Shown here piece by piece: positions 37,495-47,840 of a stretch of 64,000 bases of DNA. The notes under the pieces are model-generated. The model saw only the letters and a program-made list of their open reading frames with translations. It searched no databases and had not been told where the DNA came from. The stretch covers positions 129,390 to 193,389 of the forward strand of contig SVHS01000003.1 of assembly GCA_015055745.1 (NCBI GenBank). The letters are read 5' to 3'. Origin of the DNA: Clostridiales bacterium (lineage in GTDB: Bacteria; Bacillota; Clostridia; Christensenellales; UBA1242). Position 1 is the first letter of the stretch. Each line of letters opens with the position of its first letter. The position numbers were made by a program, and so were the translations under genes.

Positions 37495-40400
37495 TTAATG
37501 GTACTCTAATCCGTAGTCTTTTAATATAAATAAAGGTATAACAGTGGTGTCTACACCTATATCTTTGGTATCAAAAGAATAATCATCAGCAAGAACATAA
37601 TCATCATCTACTGTATATTCTACAATGATATCATCACCGATAGTATAGATATATTTACTTTCTGTGATATTTTTTTCTAAACAAAGTGTAATGCTAGTAT
37701 CAAATTGGATATCTACACTATTGACTTCTTGATAAGTATCTCCACCGTCAGTACTGTATCTTATAGAAACAAGAGCTCCACTTTGCTTTGTGAATGTAAT
37801 AGACACTCCACCCCAATCTGCATGTAAACTTAAATCTCCAAATCTATTTTGAATAGTATCGATTTTATCACCATCTAATGACCAGCCTTCAAACAGCTTA
37901 CTATCACCGATATTGTTCAAATCAGGAAGAATAATAGTATCAGTGATATAATATGTCTTTGTTAGTTTTACATACATCAAATACTCATTTCCATCTTCTT
38001 CATCAGTAGTGACAGCATATGTAAATTTAGATACACTTTGATTCGAATCAGACCATTGTTGTTCAGTCAAATAAGTATAAAGAGTGATGGTGTATTTTTC
38101 TTTTTCAATACTCAAGGCATACTCTAAATCACCTATTTGATCATTATCTGCTATGGTATCAGAAATTTTACTCCAAGTAAGCTTATAACCATTTATTGTC
38201 AAATTAGGTAATTCTATAGGGTTCTCTATATTATAATCTTTTTGATAATGATACATATCTATAGCTTCCCACAATGTAGCGTCTAATGTGCTATAAATCT
38301 CATTAATCTCATCTTGATTATATTCATCATCATATAGTGATGATATATCTAAAGAAACAGTATAATCAATTGTTTGCCATTCCGCTTCTATAGTGACATC
38401 TTCTTTTGTCTCTGCAGGAATAATATATTGCCAATAACCTTCATCATTGTAAGTCGCATCTTTCCAACCAACGAAATTATAGCCAGGTCGCGTAGCATAT
38501 AATCCTATACCAAAAGTCTGCTCTGCTTCACTATAAGTGAATCTATATTCACCCACATAATACATTCCCTTTTCTGCATCATATGCTAGCCCATCATAAG
38601 ATACTGGTTCTCCACCTTTAAAGTCAAGATATACTTTATATTCTATAGGTTCCCATATTGCTTTTAAATCAAAATCTCCATAAGATATGCTTTGATTTCC
38701 ATCAGGATTGCTTATCGTTATACCAGTCTCATCTATAGAAAACCAAACAAATCCCTCTGCAAAATGATTTTCACCAGTCGGAAGATTCCATTGCAAAATT
38801 GACCAACCTTTGAATGTGTATCCTTCGCGAGTAGTAGTCGGCATATCAGAAGCATCAGGTATAGCATCGTAGGTGTAAGTGATTGATTCGACTCCTTCTT
38901 CACCACCATTGTAATCAAAATTGACATTATATACTCTATCTATCAATCGTGCTTGGAGTTTTATAATGTTAGGAATTTTTCTTATTCTACATAAATATTC
39001 ATAACCCGCATCAATATACTGTGGCACTTGAATATAATATACAGAATCATATATCAAATTTTGATAATTATTACTTGACTCCAATTGTTTAATATAGGAG
39101 CCTACTTCTGGAATAATAACAGTCTCACTTGGCACTCCTTCAAATGTTAGTGAAAAATAATAATTTCCATCAGTATCTGTTTTTCTAGTCCAAGTCCTAT
39201 CTTCATAAGTATATGTCCCAGGAGCAGTTTCATCGGTCATACTATGTAGGATAAACGGATCATCTATCTCTCCATCGTCTTTACCTACACCTGTATGTAT
39301 CTCAATAGTATACTCAGGATACTCAAATACAGCTTCGTATACTCTATTGCCATACGATCCATACTCCATGCCTGTATATAGCTTATCATAGTCAAATATT
39401 GTGATATCATTACCATATGCATCTGTCAAAGATATCAATTTCCAGCCAAGGAATGTACCACCATAAGCCTTATCTTCAGCCGTATTGAATAAAAATGCTA
39501 AATTATTATCATCTGTAAGATCTGGATCTTCTTTATATTCATAATCATCAGTAATTTTACCGATAAGATTACTATCAAAGCCTTGAATATACGTCTGTGA
39601 GTTTTCTTCAAGATTTACCTGTAATGTGTATTTATAAGTATATGGCAAAGTCTCGATTATTGCCACATATTTTCTCCTATTTACTGTGGAATTGATCGTA
39701 AAGGTTTCGCTTTCAAGACCTGTAGCTTTCCAAATGCCATTAGCATTATCCAAAACATATTCTACCCAATATTTGAAATCATAGTAAGTCTTATCTGATA
39801 AGATTTCACCATCTTCATCATAGAATGCTTCATCTACTATCTCGTCTGGCAATTTTGGAATCGTGGTAGATATTTCATATTGGTAGCTAGTAGGCAACCC
39901 ATAAGATGTCGGATCTGAAATAGATTGTTCTGCTCCACCATCGATGATTTTTCTATATATTATAGAATATTCACTGTCAGCATAGACTGCAGTAAAAGAC
40001 AAATTTCCTGTATAATTATCTGATACCGTATAAGATTCTTTGACTTGTTTGCTACCATTCACGATCCAGCCTATAAACTCACGATCGTTCAGATTTCCAT
40101 TTTCTAGATCGTTGGTCACATTTTCAATCAAATCATTTATACTATCTTCCACAGTATACAAGCTATTACAATATCCATTTGAATCCACAGATAACTCATA
40201 AGATTTATATTGAGTATTGAAATACGACCTACCCGCAGCATCTAAAGAGCCAAGATCAAATATCAACTGATATATCCTAGTATTCCATTTCACTGTTAAA
40301 TCAATAGTTTGATCTTCTCTATCTTCTGTTGTGATCCAATCTATAAGCAATCTAGTATTGAACTCCAAATCACTACCATCAGATAAGACGCCTGGGTATA

Positions 40401-42717
40401 CAAGCAAACTAGCTACATATCCGGGATTTTCGACTGTGCCACCTGCATATAAAGTATTTAATAACATACCATAAACGCCATATCCCGCAGTCAAAGTATC
40501 GAAAGAGTAAGTAATGACATCATTTGAGTCTATACCGTCATCAAAAGCTGAGAGATCCCAGCCACTGTCAGCCCCACCAAAACTTTGCTTTATAGCATCT
40601 ATTCCTCCATGTGGAGTATACACCTTATTATGTACAAAGCCGCTAACATTAATAGCATAGGTTTTTGCCATAAATCCAATACTGCACCAAAGGCTACCGT
40701 CGTCTTGTATACCCCAGTCTTGAGTCATAATGTACCTAGCATCAAAGTCATAATCTGCTTTGGGCACCCATTGAAGCGTTATCTCTTCATCTTTTAGATT
40801 TGTGAGGATAGCTTTATTTGAAGCATTGATATCTGCCGAAGTGATATCAGTCACTTCGACACTTTTAGGCTCAGGATAATAAATAATGTCGCCCGAGTTT
40901 TTAATATCGTGAGTATTATCTTTGCTATCTACCAGCTGTATCTGTGTCGCATATTTATTTATTTCTACGTATGTTTCTATCTCAATCCAAGACATAAATT
41001 GTCTCAATACAGGATAATCATATATAGAGGTATCTTCGTACCAGATCTTAGAGGAGAAGCCATTTTCGCCTGTCTCATCATATGGTTTGTTTTCTTTACT
41101 TATCAAATCCGTAGTTAGCTCTTCTTTATCTCGGTAGTTCATATCACTGACAGACACTACACTATTACCACCCAAGACTATGACATCACTATAGGAATAT
41201 TCGTACCACCATAATACTTTCTTATAATCTGTAATTACTTCGCCTGATTTGTATGTGAGTACAGACTCATAAAAATAAACATCTACGTATTCTTCAAGCT
41301 CCAAATAGCCACCGACCTGGTCTGTCTTATCAAAATCTGGAAGATATATCCAATTGCCATCTACTTGTTTATATTGCTTATATTCTTCCGTATTTATAGG
41401 GCTACTGTCATATACCCATTGTCCACAAATATCGGCCATACAGTAATATTCTTCTTGTAAATAGGAAGAAATTTTGTCAGCAGTAATACCTCTATAAATA
41501 TGATTTTTTGAGTCACTACTTACAGACATCCATATAGATGTATCATCTACTACACAATTTGATGCACTGATTCCATATCCAATACCTGTTAGATATACTT
41601 CACCGTAGTAAATATTATGATAATCCAAATAGCGAGAAGATTCTTGCACATACATCAAAGCATCTCTCACCAAACAATTTGAAATACATCCTTTTCTCAC
41701 AAAACCACATATACCACCTATACGTGTATGAGTGAGAGAACTCATATGGAAAAACTCACCATTATAATCACCAAAAGTGCCACCATTATTGCCAGTTTCT
41801 GTATAATTTGCACTAGTCCTATTACCAATTACAAAATTATCCACTTGGCAACATGTTATCTTCCCTGAACCCCCTGTTGAATCATCATTATATTCTAACA
41901 TCATGCCAGCTATACCACCAACACGAGCTCCAAACCAATAATCAAATAATGAGTTAAAATATCCATGATCAAAACTTGCTATATTAGGGAAATTTCTGAC
42001 ATTGATGGTAAATTGTGTAAGTCTAAGATTTTTCACCGTACCGGGTAATACTGTAAATAATCCTTGACAATAGACATGCCCTGTATAAAACCTACTGTTA
42101 GTAAGATACTTTTTCGTACCATCTTGATAAATAGATTCTATCGCAATTATGTCTTTTGGCTTGATAATATAATTTGATAATACGTGTCCCTGACCATCAA
42201 ATGTGCCCACAAACCAATCTCCTGCTATCCAGACTTCTTCATATTCATTTTTATCATCTATCTTATACCCCTTTGATGAATAAGTAGGAACTTCGCTATA
42301 TTTACTACCATAGGAATGAAATGCACTATCTCCAACCATCTCAATCGTTGCACCTTTGAAGTCAATATCATTCTCCAAAAGGACTGTCTTGCCGTAAAAT
42401 GTACAACCACCACTTACCAGCTTAGCAAAGTATATCCATTCATCCGCCGAAGATATGGTGAAATGAGTATGATTGGTATAGTACGGTACACTATACCAAT
42501 AAGTATAAACTTCTCCTCCGCTTTGTAGCTGTGACCACAAATCATCCATACTAGTGATACTAATTTCACTAGAAGTGTCGCTCGCGCTAGGGAGAGCTCT
42601 ATCTTGAGCACTGCTAAATTGTATAAAAATACTGGCTGACAGCAATGAAAAAGCTACCAGTGCTAAAGATATTATAGATATGATGAGCGATTTTCTAACT
42701 TTAGACGATCTTATCAT
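37495..42717 (-). CDS. Giant cell-surface protein with an N-terminal signal/anchor, a GLUG-motif region and multiple Listeria-Bacteroides (Flg_new) repeats
   Basis: 1740 aa. The N-terminal hydrophobic segment is SLIISIISLALVAFSLLSASIF. GTFDGQGHVLSNY, VGGIAGMM and IGGICGF resemble GLUG modules. TREGYTFKGWS...LKAIWEP, RPGYNFVGWK...IEAEWQ, FLGWKL and FEGWSLDG match the Listeria-Bacteroides repeat. There is no LPXTG motif. Confidence 0.8.
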   Translation of the reverse strand: MIRSSKVRKSLIISIISLALVAFSLLSASIFIQFSSAQDRALPSASDTSSEISITSMDDLWSQLQSGGEVYTYWYSVPYYTNHTHFTISSADEWIYFAKLVSGGCTFYGKTVLLENDIDFKGATIEMVGDSAFHSYGSKYSEVPTYSSKGYKIDDKNEYEEVWIAGDWFVGTFDGQGHVLSNYIIKPKDIIAIESIYQDGTKKYLTNSRFYTGHVYCQGLFTVLPGTVKNLRLTQFTINVRNFPNIASFDHGYFNSLFDYWFGARVGGIAGMMLEYNDDSTGGSGKITCCQVDNFVIGNRTSANYTETGNNGGTFGDYNGEFFHMSSLTHTRIGGICGFVRKGCISNCLVRDALMYVQESSRYLDYHNIYYGEVYLTGIGYGISASNCVVDDTSIWMSVSSDSKNHIYRGITADKISSYLQEEYYCMADICGQWVYDSSPINTEEYKQYKQVDGNWIYLPDFDKTDQVGGYLELEEYVDVYFYESVLTYKSGEVITDYKKVLWWYEYSYSDVIVLGGNSVVSVSDMNYRDKEELTTDLISKENKPYDETGENGFSSKIWYEDTSIYDYPVLRQFMSWIEIETYVEINKYATQIQLVDSKDNTHDIKNSGDIIYYPEPKSVEVTDITSADINASNKAILTNLKDEEITLQWVPKADYDFDARYIMTQDWGIQDDGSLWCSIGFMAKTYAINVSGFVHNKVYTPHGGIDAIKQSFGGADSGWDLSAFDDGIDSNDVITYSFDTLTAGYGVYGMLLNTLYAGGTVENPGYVASLLVYPGVLSDGSDLEFNTRLLIDWITTEDREDQTIDLTVKWNTRIYQLIFDLGSLDAAGRSYFNTQYKSYELSVDSNGYCNSLYTVEDSINDLIENVTNDLENGNLNDREFIGWIVNGSKQVKESYTVSDNYTGNLSFTAVYADSEYSIIYRKIIDGGAEQSISDPTSYGLPTSYQYEISTTIPKLPDEIVDEAFYDEDGEILSDKTYYDFKYWVEYVLDNANGIWKATGLESETFTINSTVNRRKYVAIIETLPYTYKYTLQVNLEENSQTYIQGFDSNLIGKITDDYEYKEDPDLTDDNNLAFLFNTAEDKAYGGTFLGWKLISLTDAYGNDITIFDYDKLYTGMEYGSYGNRVYEAVFEYPEYTIEIHTGVGKDDGEIDDPFILHSMTDETAPGTYTYEDRTWTRKTDTDGNYYFSLTFEGVPSETVIIPEVGSYIKQLESSNNYQNLIYDSVYYIQVPQYIDAGYEYLCRIRKIPNIIKLQARLIDRVYNVNFDYNGGEEGVESITYTYDAIPDASDMPTTTREGYTFKGWSILQWNLPTGENHFAEGFVWFSIDETGITISNPDGNQSISYGDFDLKAIWEPIEYKVYLDFKGGEPVSYDGLAYDAEKGMYYVGEYRFTYSEAEQTFGIGLYATRPGYNFVGWKDATYNDEGYWQYIIPAETKEDVTIEAEWQTIDYTVSLDISSLYDDEYNQDEINEIYSTLDATLWEAIDMYHYQKDYNIENPIELPNLTINGYKLTWSKISDTIADNDQIGDLEYALSIEKEKYTITLYTYLTEQQWSDSNQSVSKFTYAVTTDEEDGNEYLMYVKLTKTYYITDTIILPDLNNIGDSKLFEGWSLDGDKIDTIQNRFGDLSLHADWGGVSITFTKQSGALVSIRYSTDGGDTYQEVNSVDIQFDTSITLCLEKNITESKYIYTIGDDIIVEYTVDDDYVLADDYSFDTKDIGVDTTVIPLFILKDYGLEYH

Positions 42718-42874
42718 ATAGAATCCCCCGATAATTTATATTATTTTACCGAATTTTGTAGATTTTTACAAACAAATTTATATATTATTTTAAAATATTA
42801 AAAAATATGGTAGATAATCTAGATTACTCCAGTATACAAGCAATGCACGGGAGAAATGAATACTTCCACGCAAT

Positions 42875-42962
42875 ATGTCATACTGAGCGAAGCAAATTTA
42901 TTTGCGTAGTCGAATGTATCTCTTTAGATCCTTCGACACACTTCGTTTGCTCAGAATGACAT
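42875..42962. repeat. REP-like 88-nt imperfect palindromic element downstream of dnaJ
   Basis: The outer arms are ATGTCATACTGAGC (42875-) and GCTCAGAATGACAT (-42962), pairing at 13 of 14 positions. The inner hairpin is GTCGAATGTATCT/AGATCCTTCGAC. Confidence 0.65.
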
Positions 42963-42991
42963 ACAGGCTCAAACTACAAAAAAAAGAAGGA

Positions 42992-44113
42992 CTATGTGTC
43001 CAACTTTTTTCTATAATTATTTGTCTTTGGATATGCTTTTTCATTTATACTTTCATGTAATTCTTTGATAAGTTTTGTAGTAGCCTTGTCGACATCTTTT
43101 GGCATCTCACCTTTGAGAGTGACTATCAGATCACCACTACCTAAACCTTTGAGATACTTGATACCCTTACCTTTGAGGGTGTATTTTGTATTTGACTGCG
43201 TGAGTGGATCTACATTGATCGTAGTGGTCCCTTTGAGAGTAGGTATCTCCACTTTCCCACCTAGCATAAGCGTAGTAATCGGTGCGTATACATCGACATA
43301 AAGATCAAAGCCTTTCCTTACCAGCAAAGCGTGTGCTTGCACATTGACACCGATACGCAAATCTCCAGCTACCCCATTGGTAGAAGCAGTTTGATGACCT
43401 TCGCCATTTAGCCTAATTACTTGGTCATTGTCTATACCAGCTGGAATCTTGACTTTAATCTTGGTAGATACAGTCTTTAGACCACTGCCCTTACAGTTTG
43501 GACATTTGTCTTTGACTACTTTACCTTTACCGTTACAATTCCTACATACTCCAGTAGTCCTAGTCATACCAAACAATGTCTGCTGAGTATATGTGACGCG
43601 ACCAGTACCATTACACTCATTACAAGTGACGAAATCACTACTAGATTTTGCTCCTGTACCGTTGCAATCTTTACATCTCTCCTTCCTAGTCACCTGTATC
43701 TCTTTTTCGCAGCCGAAAGCAGCTTCTGTAAAAGAAATGGTGACATTGGTCATGATGTCTTCACCTTCTTCTCTAGCCTGTGCTTGAGAACGACCGCCAA
43801 AATTGGTAAAGATATTGAAAATATCTTCGAAACCGCCAAATCCTTCTCCGCCAAATCCGCCTGAAAAACCCTGCCCACCGCCAAAGCCTTGTGGACCGTC
43901 TGCACTGCCAAATTGGTCATAATTGGCTCTCTTTTGCTTGTCTGACAGCACAGAGTAAGCCTCGTTGATTTCTTTAAATTTTTCAGCCGCTTCTGGAGTC
44001 TTATTTAGGTCAGGATGATATTTTTTCGCCATTTGCCTATAGGCAGACTTTATCTCATCATCACTGGCATTTTTGCCCACTCCTAGCGTAGAATAATAAT
44101 CATTATTTGCCAT
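42992..44113 (-). CDS. dnaJ: Molecular chaperone DnaJ
   Basis: J domain with KYHPDLN, a G/F-rich linker, and four CxxCxGxG motifs ([32 protein letters not shown]). Confidence 0.95.
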   Translation of the reverse strand: MANNDYYSTLGVGKNASDDEIKSAYRQMAKKYHPDLNKTPEAAEKFKEINEAYSVLSDKQKRANYDQFGSADGPQGFGGGQGFSGGFGGEGFGGFEDIFNIFTNFGGRSQAQAREEGEDIMTNVTISFTEAAFGCEKEIQVTRKERCKDCNGTGAKSSSDFVTCNECNGTGRVTYTQQTLFGMTRTTGVCRNCNGKGKVVKDKCPNCKGSGLKTVSTKIKVKIPAGIDNDQVIRLNGEGHQTASTNGVAGDLRIGVNVQAHALLVRKGFDLYVDVYAPITTLMLGGKVEIPTLKGTTTINVDPLTQSNTKYTLKGKGIKYLKGLGSGDLIVTLKGEMPKDVDKATTKLIKELHESINEKAYPKTNNYRKKLDT

Positions 44114-44287
44114 TTTATTTCCTTTATATTAAGTGAAAGGTGTTTGTTTTATTCTTTCTAATATTTAAACTTAGCTTATTAAAGGGTAAGCAATGAGAGG
44201 GGCTCTAGTGTCCCTCTCATAGAATGGTGGAATAACCGCCACCAACGTTATAATTGTAAGTTTGCGAACAATTTGCTAAAAGGCAGA

Positions 44288-46096
44288 TTATTCCACCACA
44301 ACTTCTGGATCTCCATCGTTATTGCCACCGTTAGCATTTGGGTCGCCTTGTGGATTTTGTTGCATATTTTGATACATCTTGCTAAATATTTCATTTGATA
44401 CTTTGGTCAAATCCTCTGTAGCTTTCTTGAGCTCTTCCATATCTTCGCTGGCAAGATGCTTTTTAGCCTCTTCACAAGCGTCTGTCAAAGCTTTTTTATC
44501 CTCTTCGCTGAGCTTGTCGCCATTTTCTTTCACTGTCTTTTCGATATTCATAGTCATAGCGTCAAGATTATTTCTAGTATCTATGACTTCACGTTTTTTC
44601 TTGTCTTCTTCTGCAAATTGCTCTGCTTCTTTTACAGCTTTATTGATCTCGTCTTCTGATAGATTTGTGCTAGCTGTGATAGTAATCTTTTGCTCTTTGT
44701 TTGTACCTAGATCTTTTGCTGATACATTTACGATACCATTAGCGTCGATATCAAATGTCACTTCGATCTGAGGAATGCCACGTGGTGCTGGTGGGATACC
44801 TGTAAGCTGGAATCTACCGAGTGATTTGTTTTGAGCGGCAAACTCTCTCTCACCCTGCAACACATTGATCTCTACGCCAGGCTGATTGTCTTGCGCTGTA
44901 CTAAATACTTGAGATTTCTTTGTAGGGATAGTAGTATTACGAGCGATAAGCTTTGTACATACACCACCTAGAGTCTCAATACCAAGTGATAATGGTGTCA
45001 CATCAAGTAAAAGGACATCTTTAACCTCTCCGCCCAATACACCTGCTTGGATAGCAGCACCGATAGCTACACATTCGTCTGGATTGATACCCTTAAATGG
45101 AGTCACTGGGATCTCTTTACTTAATGCATCTACTACGCATGGTACACGTGTAGAACCACCTACCAATACTACATTTGAGATGTCTGATTTATTTAGACCT
45201 GCGTCTTTCAAAGCATTACGAGTAGATACTAGAGTCTGCTCTACTAGATCTGATATCATATTTTCAAATTTTGCACGAGTGAGTGTATACTCAAGGTGCT
45301 TTGGACCAGTAGCATCAGCTGTGATGAATGGTAAGCTAATAGTAGTCTGAGTAAGAGTACTTAGCTCAATCTTTGCTTTCTCTGCAGCTTCTTTTAGACG
45401 TTGTTTTGCTAATTTGTCAGCACTTAGATCAATACCATTTTCTTTCTTGAATTCTTCTACTAGAAGAGCCATGATTCTATCATCAAAATCATCACCACCA
45501 AGACGAGTATTACCATTTGTAGACAATACTTCAAACACACCGTCTCCGATCTCTAGAATAGATACGTCAAATGTACCGCCACCCAAGTCGAATACTAGTA
45601 TCTTTTGATTTTTTCTTTCTTGCTTGTCTAGACCATAAGCCAAAGCTGCTGCTGTAGGCTCATTGATGATACGCAACACTTCTAGACCAGCGATCTTACC
45701 TGCATTTTTGGTAGCTTGACGCTGAGAGTCATTGAAATATGCTGGCACTGTGATGACTGCCTGAGTGACAGGCTGACCAAGATAAGCCTCAGCGTCTGCC
45801 TTTAGCTTACCTAAGATCATAGCAGATATCTCTTCTGGGCTGTATTGCTTATCATCGATTTTTACCTTATAATCTGTACCCATCTCTCTCTTGATAGAGA
45901 TGACTGTCTTGTCAGGGTTAGCCACTGCTTGACGCTTTGCCACCTGACCGATAAGACGATCTCCGTCCTTAAAGCCTACTACACTAGGTGTAGTCCTTCC
46001 GCCTTCGCTATTTGGAATAACAGTAGGTTGACCACCTTCCATTACTGCCACACAGCTGTTTGTTGTACCTAAATCTATACCAATTATTTTTCCCAT
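44288..46096 (-). CDS. dnaK: Molecular chaperone DnaK (Hsp70)
   Basis: [23 protein letters not shown] and [10 protein letters not shown] motifs; 602 aa. Confidence 0.97.
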   Translation of the reverse strand: MGKIIGIDLGTTNSCVAVMEGGQPTVIPNSEGGRTTPSVVGFKDGDRLIGQVAKRQAVANPDKTVISIKREMGTDYKVKIDDKQYSPEEISAMILGKLKADAEAYLGQPVTQAVITVPAYFNDSQRQATKNAGKIAGLEVLRIINEPTAAALAYGLDKQERKNQKILVFDLGGGTFDVSILEIGDGVFEVLSTNGNTRLGGDDFDDRIMALLVEEFKKENGIDLSADKLAKQRLKEAAEKAKIELSTLTQTTISLPFITADATGPKHLEYTLTRAKFENMISDLVEQTLVSTRNALKDAGLNKSDISNVVLVGGSTRVPCVVDALSKEIPVTPFKGINPDECVAIGAAIQAGVLGGEVKDVLLLDVTPLSLGIETLGGVCTKLIARNTTIPTKKSQVFSTAQDNQPGVEINVLQGEREFAAQNKSLGRFQLTGIPPAPRGIPQIEVTFDIDANGIVNVSAKDLGTNKEQKITITASTNLSEDEINKAVKEAEQFAEEDKKKREVIDTRNNLDAMTMNIEKTVKENGDKLSEEDKKALTDACEEAKKHLASEDMEELKKATEDLTKVSNEIFSKMYQNMQQNPQGDPNANGGNNDGDPEVVVE

Positions 46097-46109
46097 AATT
46101 TAATTCTCC

Positions 46110-46697
46110 TTATTTCTTTACTATTACTTGGCTATAACGAATTACTTTGCCTTTATATGTGAAGCCTTTGTATGCTTCTTTTACTATCATACCGCTCTCG
46201 ATATCAGCGGTAGTGTCTGTGTCTATCGCTTGATGAAGTGTGGGGTCAAATTTTCCACTAGCATCGATTGCCTCGACACCCATCTTACTCAATGTATCCA
46301 ATATACCTTTTTCGATAAATTTGATACCCATAAGTGTATTTTGATCCGTGATATACTCTGTCGCCATCTTGAAGCTATCTATCGCTGGTAAAAACTGAGT
46401 AATCGCATCCATAAAGCCGTCTTGTCTAGCGTCACCGAGCGCTGTGGTCATACGTTTGCGATAATTATCAAACTCTGCCTGTACACGCAAAAGATCTTTT
46501 AGATAGTCTTTATTTTCTTCGCAGTGACATTCATGGTCACAAGAGCATTCTTCACCGCAAGTACAATTTGGATTGCACTTATCTTCCTCTGTGCAGTGGC
46601 AATCCTCACCACAGTCACAATCACCAGAGCAATGGCAAGTATTTTCGTCTAAGTCTTCACCACAACCACATTGACACTTCTCTTTGTCTTTGCTCAT
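46110..46697 (-). CDS. grpE: Nucleotide exchange factor GrpE with a Cys/His-rich N-terminal extension
   Basis: The C-terminal 130 aa are GrpE-like (LLRVQAEFDNYRKR...GFTYKGKVIRYSQVIV). The first roughly 60 aa contain 16 Cys, mostly as CxC pairs. It overlaps the hrcA stop by 4 nt. Confidence 0.9.
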   Translation of the reverse strand: MSKDKEKCQCGCGEDLDENTCHCSGDCDCGEDCHCTEEDKCNPNCTCGEECSCDHECHCEENKDYLKDLLRVQAEFDNYRKRMTTALGDARQDGFMDAITQFLPAIDSFKMATEYITDQNTLMGIKFIEKGILDTLSKMGVEAIDASGKFDPTLHQAIDTDTTADIESGMIVKEAYKGFTYKGKVIRYSQVIVKK

Positions 46698-47725
46698 TTG
46701 TCTCCTCCTTTTTCGTTGTCTATCTGATTGACTATAAATTTTAATGCTGCAGCCACATTGGCATAATCTATCCTCTTTGGACCTACTAGTGCAAGGCTCG
46801 CTATAGATACACCATTGATTACTATAGGCGCACTCATCATCATGCCTCCCTTTAGTTTGCTATCCTCATCGTCTTCTCCGATGGTGAAATTTAAGCCCTC
46901 AGAGTCTGTCTTGACTGCATCTATCACATTGTCAGAGTCTTCTAAAAACTCAAACACATTCTTGGCATCGTCCATCTCATTTTTACTAAGATTATCCAAA
47001 AGTTTGGTCGGATTTTCATTGCTTACATCACATCTAGTCTGTATCACGCCGACCAAGGCCTGCGCCACACTGTCTATAAGCTCCTTAAACTGAATAATCT
47101 GGGCACCAGCGTTTAGACATACGGTATTGATATTTTCTATCATATGTCCTATGGTCTTGCCTTTGAAATGACTGGTGAGATACTGACTAGCTTCATTACA
47201 AGCAGGCCTATCAATATTTGGATCTAGAGAGATATTGTCGTCTATGATACCCGCATTGGTCTCCACTAGGAGCAAAGCATCTTTTTGTATCAATGGCACT
47301 ATCTGGATATTCTCTATCGTCAGATTCTTCAGCCCATGCTGTACTAGTACCGTAGGACAATTCGTCGCACGACTAAGTCTCTTGGCCAAAGTCGACAATG
47401 TACTGATAAGACTCACAGACTTGCTCTCATATGAGGATAGTACTTGCTTGATAGAGTCATAGTTTAGCTTGTTATTGTCTAATAGTGAATTTACATACTC
47501 TTTGTATGCTAGCCCTGTAGGTACTCTACCACCAGACGTGTGCAGCTGTCTAAAATATCCCATACTCTCTAGCGCATTGAGCTCATTCCTTATCGTAGCA
47601 GAGCTAATATCCTTAAAATGAAGATTGAGCTGTCCACTAGTGATAGGCTGCGCTGTCTTGATATACTCATCTACAGCTACCAGTACTATTTCATGCTTTC
47701 TTTTGTTTTTTTCATCAATAATCAC
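46694..47725 (-). CDS. hrcA: Heat-inducible transcription repressor HrcA
   Basis: TAQPITSGQL...SSATIRNELNALESMGY...HTSGGRVPT motifs. The start is uncertain. I prefer the GTG at 47725 (AAGGA 9 nt upstream) because it gives an N-terminal length comparable to B. subtilis HrcA. The ORF-track TTG at 47752 abuts the CIRCE element. Confidence 0.88.
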   Translation of the reverse strand: MIIDEKNKRKHEIVLVAVDEYIKTAQPITSGQLNLHFKDISSATIRNELNALESMGYFRQLHTSGGRVPTGLAYKEYVNSLLDNNKLNYDSIKQVLSSYESKSVSLISTLSTLAKRLSRATNCPTVLVQHGLKNLTIENIQIVPLIQKDALLLVETNAGIIDDNISLDPNIDRPACNEASQYLTSHFKGKTIGHMIENINTVCLNAGAQIIQFKELIDSVAQALVGVIQTRCDVSNENPTKLLDNLSKNEMDDAKNVFEFLEDSDNVIDAVKTDSEGLNFTIGEDDEDSKLKGGMMMSAPIVINGVSIASLALVGPKRIDYANVAAALKFIVNQIDNEKGGDK

Positions 47726-47753
47726 TTTTCTTTTCCTTTTATCAGCCTCCAAG

Positions 47754-47780
47754 TTAGCACTCTTATTGTATGATTGCTAA
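47754..47780. promoter_or_regulatory. CIRCE operator (HrcA binding site) between the hrcA promoter and its start
   Basis: TTAGCACTC-N9-GATTGCTAA matches the consensus TTAGCACTC-N9-GAGTGCTAA with one mismatch. Confidence 0.85.
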
Positions 47781-47784
47781 CTCT

Positions 47785-47813
47785 ATTTTATGCACATTGC
47801 CAACATTTGTCAA
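47785..47813 (-). promoter_or_regulatory. Sigma-A promoter of the hrcA-grpE-dnaK-dnaJ operon (TTGACA-17-TAAAAT)
   Basis: The minus strand reads TTGACA (47813-47808), a 17-nt spacer, then TAAAAT (47790-47785). The predicted +1 falls inside the downstream CIRCE. Confidence 0.75.
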
Positions 47814-47840
47814 CTAAAATTGCCACAAAAATTAAAAAAA

